Shown here piece by piece: positions 6,846 to 14,500 of a stretch of 27,345 nucleotides of DNA (its first letter is position 1; each line of letters opens with the position of its first letter). A model generated the notes under the pieces. That model was not told the origin of the DNA. It saw nothing but the letters and a program-made list of their open reading frames with translations, and ran no database searches. The stretch lies in IMG/VR virus record IMGVR_UViG_3300034682_000170, positions 1-27,345 of that record. One strand, given 5' to 3'. The stretch is from a virus. Lineage: Duplodnaviria; Caudoviricetes. Both the position numbers and the translations under genes were made by a program.

Positions 6846-7223
6846 ATGCGCCGCACGTACCTGGACGACGATGATCGGGAATACGTAATCGCCACCAAAC
6901 GGCACCTAAGCCAGCTCATTGAGCGGAGAGGGATGGCCATTGACGACCTGGCCTATGAGACAGGGATCCCGGTGACAAGCCTACGGCGGTGGCTCAACCC
7001 CAAGAACAGCACCTTCATGCCGCTGCCAGCTGCCCGCCGCACCTGCCGTGCGCTCGGCATCGAGATCAGCGACATGCTGCTCCCTGTTGGCCATGACCGG
7101 CGACTCGATAGGGCAATGCGGATCTTTCTCCAGCTCCCCCCCGAGCTGGCCGACACAGTGATCGATCAGCTGCTGGCCATCGCCGGGGCCCTGGGCAAAC
7201 CCCTTCCCTTCGACGAGGGATAG
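6846..7223 (+). CDS. XRE-family HTH transcriptional regulator
   Basis: 125 aa; LSQLIERRGMAIDDLAYETGIPVTSLRRWLN...ALGIEISDML; TAAGGA RBS. Confidence 0.85.
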   Translation: MRRTYLDDDDREYVIATKRHLSQLIERRGMAIDDLAYETGIPVTSLRRWLNPKNSTFMPLPAARRTCRALGIEISDMLLPVGHDRRLDRAMRIFLQLPPELADTVIDQLLAIAGALGKPLPFDEG

Positions 7224-7236
7224 TTGCTTCAATAGC

Positions 7237-7264
7237 ACCGCGTCTAATCAGTTATATGTTAAAC
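7237..7264 (+). other. XerC/XerD (dif-like) recombination site
   Basis: ACCGCGTCTAA-TCAGTT-ATATGTTAAAC, 11-6-11 geometry; XerD arm 9/11 and XerC arm 6/11 identical to E. coli dif. Confidence 0.65.
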
Positions 7265-7779
7265 AAGGCTCTGCGCCAGGCGTTGGCCAGGCGAACGGCG
7301 CGAAGGTGCCATAACTGACAACCAACCAGGCGCCTGACCACCTGGTTCACCCCTTCAAAATATGTTGCGACATTGTTGCTTTTCGATGGCCGATTTCATT
7401 GTTTGGCTTTGCTCCTCTCTAACGTGCCTGAGCCTCGTTTTACGCAATCTCGACCCGAGCCCATGCCTTGCCATGGCTTTTCTTTTTGATGGCCACAGCG
7501 GTGGTGGTGTGGATGGATGACTGCGGTATCACAGCGACAACCACCCCCCTTCCTGCTGAGCCGTCTTTAAGGCCACTGTCGCTTGACGCCCCCGGATGTT
7601 GATCGGCCCCTTTATGGGGCATGGCTGGTTCAAGTTGGGGTTTGTGGACTGGGGTGTGGGGGCTTGCCCCCACGAAGGGGGTAATCTGCTGACCGGCGGG
7701 TGGCTTGCCGCCCTGCAAGGTCAGGCATTACTCGCCCTTGCTCTGCTCTGGCGGCGGCCAGCTTGCTGGCCTGCATAGC

Positions 7780-8100
7780 CAGGCGTTATCCCCGTTATCG
7801 ACAGATAACGGGACCCAGACAATAAACTCTATCTCTTAGTTCTTTGTTTAGGTGTCTTAGAGAATCTTGCATCTATTCGCTATGCCACTGCATACAAGGG
7901 AGGGCAGGGGATGCATTTATATGTGGATAACCGTGCGTGACCGTGTGCCAACCCACAGGGCAGGCTGTAGCATGGGCTGAATGTGGATAAATCGAGTCAG
8001 GAGCGCCCCGGAATTGATTGGGCTGTAGCGCCATTACTGGCGAGGCGGAACGACAGACGCCGCCGTGAGGCGGTTATATGGTAGGGAATGACGGGGGTTG
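7780..8100. other. plasmid replication origin downstream of repA
   Basis: Perfect DnaA boxes (TGTGGATAA) at 7922-7930 and 7982-7990; palindrome CCCGTTATC-GACA-GATAACGGG at 7791-7812; AT-rich tract ~7820-7880; same layout as IncFII origins. Confidence 0.7.
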
Positions 8101-8105
8101 CGGCT

Positions 8106-9005
8106 TTACTCTCGTGGTAATGGTTCCATGGCCAGCACCTCGAGGCGATACACGGCCAGCGACACGGCCCGGTTAAACGCCGCGGGGTCCTGCCTTGAGC
8201 GAAGAGCCTCATCAGGCGTCATCTTCTTGAACATGCTGTCTGCCACCTCGCGGCGCATTGCGTCCTTACCAGAGGCGACCAGGCGCTTGGCTCGGCGGAT
8301 CTGGGCTGCGGTGGCTGATTTGTTGTGGCGGTACTCGAAGGCACGCTGCTTAAGCCTGTCCATGCGCAGTTGGCAGTAAGCCTTGTGGGACAGGTTGAGG
8401 GCATACGCAGGATCGAGTCCGTCCTTCATCCAAGCATCTTCGGTGCGCCACTTCTCCCACGCCTGTTCCCGCACCTTGATCGCCTCTTCGGCACCCACAC
8501 CCACCATGTCCCAGAACAGTTCAGTGACTGTGATAGCTTTGTAGTACCAACTGCCAGCAGCGGGATCCCAAAACTTATCACACTCGACAATACCCATTTT
8601 CTCCAGATCCTGGATAAGTCGAGATCCGCGAGTGATCGAGTGATTACCGGCGGCAGATGTAGAATCAAGGCGACACTGGCGGGTGAGCACATCAACGGAG
8701 GTTTCAACCTGCCAGGTGATCACGTTGGTGTAATGCAGCATGCCTAAACCCATCTCGTTGAGAGAGTTGGCCCTGTGCATATTCCAGTGCCGTGTACGAC
8801 CAATGAGGGGACGAAGCGGAACCCAACCAGGCCAGCAAGCCAGATCGCGCTTGGCGGCTATGTTACAGGCCTTGCCGATAAACTGGGGGCGACCCTTGTG
8901 GTGACCGGGCTTTTCAAACTGAGGAGTGGCATTTGCCACATAGCACCCGCGCACTATGGCCGGGCGAGGGGTGTCCTGATGGACGTAATCAGTCAGGTTT
9001 AGCAT
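8106..9005 (-). CDS. repA: IncFII-family plasmid replication initiator
   Basis: VETSVDVLTRQCRLDSTSAAGNHSITRGSRL...WDPAAGSWYYKAITVTELFWDMVGV matches RepA1 (SAAGKLSITRA); likely start ATG 9005 (299 aa), alternative GTG 9086. Confidence 0.88.
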   Translation of the reverse strand: MLNLTDYVHQDTPRPAIVRGCYVANATPQFEKPGHHKGRPQFIGKACNIAAKRDLACWPGWVPLRPLIGRTRHWNMHRANSLNEMGLGMLHYTNVITWQVETSVDVLTRQCRLDSTSAAGNHSITRGSRLIQDLEKMGIVECDKFWDPAAGSWYYKAITVTELFWDMVGVGAEEAIKVREQAWEKWRTEDAWMKDGLDPAYALNLSHKAYCQLRMDRLKQRAFEYRHNKSATAAQIRRAKRLVASGKDAMRREVADSMFKKMTPDEALRSRQDPAAFNRAVSLAVYRLEVLAMEPLPRE

Positions 9006-9033
9006 GGTTCCGCCTAAAAAAGTGGCGGCAAGG

Positions 9034-9062
9034 TTGCCAATGGCCAACACCTTGAGTAAACT
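9034..9062 (+). promoter_or_regulatory. promoter of antisense RNA
   Basis: TTGCCA-17 nt-TAAACT, oriented opposite to repA. Confidence 0.7.
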
Positions 9063-9068
9063 GACTGT

Positions 9069-9146
9069 GCGATTAGTCGTGCTCACTGCTTTGTGGTGAT
9101 GCCCGAATCAGAAACCCAGCCCGGCAAGGCTGGGTTTCGTCATTTT
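9069..9146 (+). ncRNA. CopA/Inc-like antisense copy-number control RNA (~78 nt)
   Basis: Promoter at 9034-9062; 11-bp stem GAAACCCAGCC-CGGCAA-GGCTGGGTTTC (9111-9138) then GTCATTTT; complementary to the repA leader; ends approximate. Confidence 0.65.
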
Positions 9147-9157
9147 GGTCTTGCCAG

Positions 9158-9186
9158 ATTTTAAATTCACATCAGGATATGCAAAA
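9158..9186 (-). promoter_or_regulatory. probable repA promoter
   Basis: Minus strand TTTGCA-16 nt-TAAAAT upstream of the target hairpin. Confidence 0.45.
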
Positions 9187-9209
9187 ACCCTGACTCAATG
9201 CCCGAGACT

Positions 9210-9455
9210 TTAGCACGGAGAGTGCAGAACGGGCAAGCTACAACCCGTTTTGGGTTGACCCTTCACTGCTACCACCAAAGACTCAGCCTCCTTTGCAGCC
9301 CAATCCAGCTCGTTGGCGATGTGTTGATCACACACCTCAGGGGTCTGGTACAAAACCAGCGCTCGCAGCTTGGCGGCCAATCGTTCCATCCTATCTGATC
9401 CAAACGGCTCGATCACCTGATCATCGTGATCACCCGTCACATTATCCCCACTCAT
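9210..9455 (-). CDS. LexA-controlled small protein (candidate antirepressor 1)
   Basis: 81 aa from ATG 9455 with GGGAGG RBS; SOS box 21 bp upstream; paralog at 6424-6666. Confidence 0.75.
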   Translation of the reverse strand: MSGDNVTGDHDDQVIEPFGSDRMERLAAKLRALVLYQTPEVCDQHIANELDWAAKEAESLVVAVKGQPKTGCSLPVLHSPC

Positions 9456-9476
9456 CCGCAACCCTCCCGGCTGGCA

Positions 9477-9492
9477 CTGTATATCTATACAG
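9477..9492. promoter_or_regulatory. LexA (SOS) box
   Basis: CTGTATATCTATACAG = CTGT-N8-ACAG with AT-alternating core; overlaps a TACAGT -10-like hexamer on the minus strand. Confidence 0.88.
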
Positions 9493-9528
9493 GCAATTTT
9501 GACACCACCCGCCCGACTGGGCAAGGCG

Positions 9529-9559
9529 AAAAAAGAAAGCCCCGGCACTGGGCCGGGGC
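9529..9559 (-). terminator. terminator closing the virion operon
   Basis: GCCCCGGC/GCCGGGGC stem followed by TTTCTTTTTT on the minus strand. Confidence 0.8.
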
Positions 9560-9567
9560 GGGTTCAA

Positions 9568-9732
9568 TTACTTCGGCAGCACTTCCGCGCAGGGTCGCGG
9601 CACCAGGACGGTTTTACCCTGGTGCTGCTCCTGCACCTGACAGACAGGCCCCGGGGCGGGCGCGGCATTCCACGCCCACCCCAGCAGCACAGCGACCACG
9701 ATCGCTGTGATAGGTTCGAGACGCACGATCAT
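9568..9732 (-). CDS. 54-aa membrane-anchored/secreted small protein (not in ORF track)
   Basis: MIVRLEPITAIVVAVLLGWAWNAAPAPGPVCQVQEQHQGKTVLVPRPCAEVLPK; ATGA overlap with upstream gene; ends just before the terminator. Confidence 0.7.
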   Translation of the reverse strand: MIVRLEPITAIVVAVLLGWAWNAAPAPGPVCQVQEQHQGKTVLVPRPCAEVLPK

Positions 9733-10007
9733 GGTTCACCCTGGCTGACTGGATACCGCGCCTTGATCTCAGCCACCTTGTCAAGCCAGCGGGTTTCAGC
9801 CTCCGGCGCCTTGTCATACTGCCACTCAAGAAAGAGCGGGTCAGACTCTGCCTCATAGGCCCGCTGCCGCGCTGCTAACTGCCCCGCGCCCAGTGCGTAA
9901 TCACGCTGGGCGATGACTGATGCTATGGCTTCTTCGCTCATCCCCATGGCTGACATGAAACTATGGCTGTAGTTGTCATGAAACACGCCCTTAAATAGGT
10001 AACTCAT
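9729..10007 (-). CDS. tail fibre-associated (assembly-type) protein
   Basis: 92 aa directly after the fibre; RQRAYEAESDPLFLEWQYD...WLDKVAEIKARYP motif typical of post-fibre genes. Confidence 0.6.
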   Translation of the reverse strand: MSYLFKGVFHDNYSHSFMSAMGMSEEAIASVIAQRDYALGAGQLAARQRAYEAESDPLFLEWQYDKAPEAETRWLDKVAEIKARYPVSQGEP

Positions 10008-10014
10008 ACTGACC

Positions 10015-11514
10015 TCACGCGAAACATGACCTAAACCCTACACCAACCCACCCAGCACCCCTCGGATCATTGAGATTGATTGACCCTAGCCCAGCACCTG
10101 CCACCTGCTGCCACATCCCACCGCGCTGAAGTACGCGCTGACCAGACAATACAACGTCAACAGATCCTGGCAGTTGGGTTCGTTGCGTGGGCTCAATAAG
10201 CAGTCGCTTCAGATCGTTCCGGCTGGTATATGAGCTATCCCGCCCCATCTGCGCCCAAACTGCGCTTCGCGAGCTCAAAGACACCTCGCCCGTAGATGCA
10301 GAAAGAACCAGGCTCCCGCCTTTAAAGGCTATATAAGCATCTGTCCACACCATGTCATCTTCTGAAAACGTGTTGGCAGGTGAGACTTTAATCCTGCCGT
10401 CATCGATCAAGATCCCGTGTTGCCACTCAGATAGATTGCCAACCAGATCGAAAACACCAGAGTCAGATCTGTCATGGGATGACCGGACTCCAAGCGATCC
10501 AGTCAAGGTTGCGCCATTGCCAGACACTTCGGCGGGAGGGGCTTTATCGACGCGAGCGCCAAAGATGTGAGACAGGGAGTGGCTTCGCCCCCAGTATGTA
10601 TTCCCGAGAATCTCCCCACCATTGGCCGCACACCACAGAGATATCGCTGCCCACTCATGAGCGGTCATCATGTGCCAGCCAGCCCCCATATCAGAACACA
10701 CAGCTTTAGCTGATGTGTGGCTCAATCCCGCCAGCGGAACAGCCATGGGGGCACTAACACCGCCATCTGATGCCTGATATGCGCCTATGAAGATCTCGCT
10801 TTTTATGCCGCCAGCACCCAGATCGAACGCAGTGACATTACCTGCCCCCATGACATCAGACATCCCGACATCTTCATATCTGAATCGTGGCAGGACGAAC
10901 ATAACTGATGGTCTGCCAAGCCGGTCCCTGATTATCGTCTGCCGACCACCTGTAGCTCGCTCCAGCGAATAACGCTCAGAGTCAAGGATCGCAGGGCCGT
11001 CGACCCGCATCAGCTTCCCCGCGCCAGCTTCCGGGTTGATACTGGCGGCGGAAGCCTGGGCGCGATCTGCCTCGGTCTTGGCCTGCGCCACCACGCCATA
11101 CCCGGCATTCATCACCTTATCCCAGCTCGGGATTGTGATCTTGGTGCCATCAGGCGCGGTGAGCGTCACATCGCCGGTGCCGGTCAGCAGTTGCTGCCAG
11201 CCGTCCATCTGCGTCTGGTGATACCCCATAAACGCCGACAGATCGCGACTGAATGCCGGAACGCCGCTAGTCCTGGGGATGTCGATGGCATATGCCTGGC
11301 CCGCTGCTGTCGCTCCGGCATACGCCGTGACGATATACATCACGGTGTCGCTCTCGACGTAATCCAGCTCGTAAATGCGTCCATCCGGGCCATGAACGGG
11401 GTGCCCCTTGTCCGGCTTTAACACCGTTGTTTTCCACAAGGTGCCAAAGCCGGTGATCTTCTTGCTGCCATTCGTCACGCTGACTGTGCCAGCGCGATAC
11501 CAGAGTCCTGCCAT
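10015..11514 (-). CDS. tail fibre / receptor-binding protein with C-terminal Mtd/FGE-like C-type lectin domain
   Basis: N-terminal WYRAGTVSVTNGSKKITGFGTLW anchor; C-terminal GWHMMTAHEW, GVFDLVGNLSEW, RGGMW...GFR. Confidence 0.85.
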   Translation of the reverse strand: MAGLWYRAGTVSVTNGSKKITGFGTLWKTTVLKPDKGHPVHGPDGRIYELDYVESDTVMYIVTAYAGATAAGQAYAIDIPRTSGVPAFSRDLSAFMGYHQTQMDGWQQLLTGTGDVTLTAPDGTKITIPSWDKVMNAGYGVVAQAKTEADRAQASAASINPEAGAGKLMRVDGPAILDSERYSLERATGGRQTIIRDRLGRPSVMFVLPRFRYEDVGMSDVMGAGNVTAFDLGAGGIKSEIFIGAYQASDGGVSAPMAVPLAGLSHTSAKAVCSDMGAGWHMMTAHEWAAISLWCAANGGEILGNTYWGRSHSLSHIFGARVDKAPPAEVSGNGATLTGSLGVRSSHDRSDSGVFDLVGNLSEWQHGILIDDGRIKVSPANTFSEDDMVWTDAYIAFKGGSLVLSASTGEVSLSSRSAVWAQMGRDSSYTSRNDLKRLLIEPTQRTQLPGSVDVVLSGQRVLQRGGMWQQVAGAGLGSINLNDPRGAGWVGVGFRSCFA

Positions 11515-11529
11515 TTCTTGGCTCCAAAT

Positions 11530-11555
11530 AAAAACCCGGCACAAGGCCGGGTTTG
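11530..11555 (-). terminator. intrinsic terminator between tail tip and fibre genes
   Basis: AAACCCGGC-ACAAG-GCCGGGTTT with T-run on the minus strand. Confidence 0.6.
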
Positions 11556-11565
11556 TTGAGGTGCG

Positions 11566-14500
11566 TTATTTCTTAGAAACGATCACCAAACAATAAGCGG
11601 AGTTATACCCACCATTGCCAGACCATGAAAATCTGGCCGTGTGACTAACACCTGCAGGGATGGTTACCACATGGGCGGCGGAGACAGTGTTGGCACTGAT
11701 TGTGCCTGCAACATCTATTGCCGTTGATGTCACAGTTTTGACTGTCGCGCCATTAAGAATGGCATTGCCTGTCGTTTTCTCCCTTCCCGAATTAACGATT
11801 ATCGAGAATGATATTTCACGGGCAAAGCTCGCAGAGCCAAGGTTTATTTGCGCCTGATTTGACGCATCATAAACCCTCACAATGTCACCAACAATTTGCC
11901 CCGCTTCCAGCGTACCGTTTATTTTGCATGTATCCTCAATGGTGACATTCCTTAGCACACCAGAGAGAGCGGTGATTTTCCCTATTATGTCTGCATCTTG
12001 AAGTGTTGCTTTCCCAGCGGAGTTTATTATCGCCTTCCCCGCGCCGATATTTAGTGAACCGCCGATTATATTTGTACCTGAGATTGACGACCCCTTTATA
12101 TTAAGACCAACCAATTCAGTGACGCTGATGTAAGCCGCGACCAAACTATTTATGTCTGCGCTATCCATCAGGGCTTTATTGAGATAAGTGATTCCATTCT
12201 TTATCACAAATGGGTTTCGCTTGGATGTTACTCCAGACACCCGAGATAGCACGGCAAACACATCCGCATCGACCACAAAGGAGGACAGCGTAGAGCCATC
12301 AGCCGCCAGTTTGACCGACAGGCCAAAGCCGCCACCCTCCCCATTGATCTGTGCTTTTGTGTACCATCCTGCCTCAACTTGCCCCGCCGTATCAGCCTGA
12401 GCTCGTGACACGGTTTGCACGGCGGCTGACGTATCATCAAGCTGAACTTGTACCGTTTCAACGATCTCAGCAAGCGCCTGAGTCTGGCTAACCTGTACCT
12501 GCTGGTCACGACGGATCTGGCCCGCCGCCTTTCGCTGGCGGGTGGCTTCGGTATCCGCCGCAAGCGCACCAAGAATTTCCGCCTCGGCGGTGAGGTCAAC
12601 ACTGGCGGTGAGGTTCTCTAGCTTGCTGGCCAGGGATTGGCCGTCACCGGTAACCACCTGCTGCAACTCATTGATGGCGGCTGATTGGCCATTGGTCAGC
12701 ACCTCCAGCGCTTGCAGGCGCTGGGCCTGAGCGCCGGTCGTGGTGGCCACGGCTTGCGCCAAGTCAGTCACAGAGGCGCTGATCGTCGCATCGGCCTGTC
12801 GCAGCTCGGCCTTCACCTGCTCGATGCGCTGGGCGTTGGCTGAGGTGTCCGAGGTGTTGGCGATGAGCTTCTGCTCTGCCGCCGCCAAACGCTGGCCCTG
12901 TTCATCCACGGTGCTCTGGGCGGCCTTCTGGCCCAGCGTACCCTTGACGGCATTCAGCTCCTGCCCCACTTGGGTGACTTGCGACCCCACTGCCGTCACT
13001 TCGGACTTGGTGGCCGTCTGGGCCAAGGTGCCGTTGATACCGTCGATCTGCTGCTCGACGGCGGTGATGCGCTCTAAATCAGCGCTGATCTCTGCTCTGG
13101 TCACACAGGTTTTCACGATACCTTCAACCGCATCGAGATGCTGGCTGACAGTCGTGATCTCGGCGGCAAGTTCGGAGCGTACCGCATTGATCGCCTCCAT
13201 GGTGATCAGGCCTGTCTCCGGATCCAATTTGAACACCGCATCCCGAAAGTCGGAAAAGTCCAGGTTGTAGCGGTCAATGCGCTGGCGCAGCTGCTCTGTC
13301 ACCAGGGTCACATTGATGTAGTTCTCGCCGAGCTGATTCTGGGTGTTTTCCAGCAGGGTTTTCACATCCCGCTCGCGCTTGTCCAGGGCAGACAAGGCGC
13401 CGTCAAGATCGGTCAATGACTGACCCAGCCCGGGAATGGCGGCGATGGGCTTGCGCAGCTCCTCGCGCAGGTGCTCGGCGCCGATCTCCCCGTCCAGCAC
13501 ATCGAGGATGGAGGCAACATCGTAGCTGGTGCGGGCCGTGGCGGCGATCAACCCTGATTTGCCGTAGGCGTTGACCGCCCGCAGCCAGACGAAATATTCC
13601 GTATCCGGGCGCAGCCCCTGTAAGGTCATATAGCTGGCCATCCCCGCCGGGATCGCTTTCGTCATGGCCTCGCCGAGGGGGTGATTGATGTGGCTCCACC
13701 ACCATTCACACAGCACGCCATAGTCGTGGCCACCGGCAAAACGAGGGCGCAGGGCCAGCGACCAGTTACCCGCCTCCACATCCACCCCCTGGGGCATGGC
13801 GGGTGCCGTGATCACGAAGTTCACCGCAGCCACCGGAGAATGAGCGCCAGTGAGCGCCACGGCTCGCACCAAGGCGACATAGTTGCCCGTCGTCAGACCG
13901 TTGACGCGGCAGGACTGGCCGGGCACCTGGGCAGTCATGACGGTGACCGGCGCCGCCCCCTGGGCTAGGCGCTGAATGATCACCTGGTTGTAAGCCACGG
14001 TGCCGGTATTGCGCCAGGACAGCACCCCTTGCAGCACCTCGCCGAGCTGTTCCAGCTCGTAGCGCAACAGATCCGGCATGGCCGCCCCGCCAGTGGGCAG
14101 GCCGGTGATCTCCGGGCGGGCCATGGGCTTGCCGATGGCGTCGGCCCAGAACAGCGGGGAGTCCTCCCGCAGGGTCAGATCCACCCCGCCGTTCAGGCTG
14201 AAAGACCAGTCCGTGACCCGAAACTCAACGCCGTTGATGCCCAGCGCCGGGACATAGAGCTTGATGGTCTGGCCGGGGCGGTAGCGCCAGCCAGACAGGT
14301 TGACGCTGCATGTCAGGGTGCGGGCATTGCGGCGCTGGCGAAGGATGATATTGGCCAGGCGCTGGGCCTGGTATTCGCTGGTGACACAGCGCAGATCGAG
14401 ATCTTCGATCAGGGGGTGGCCACCGTCTTCCTCGACCCATTCCGGCACGATGACGGCGGGGAAATCGGTCTTCTTGAAACTGACCGGATCGACGAAGGTG

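Noticed and set aside
7440-7778. ORFs in the origin region
   Set aside because: Low-complexity translations, mutually overlapping, in a probable non-coding ori/resolution region.
9500-10140. Active DGR cassette
   Set aside because: No reverse transcriptase, avd or template repeat in the window.
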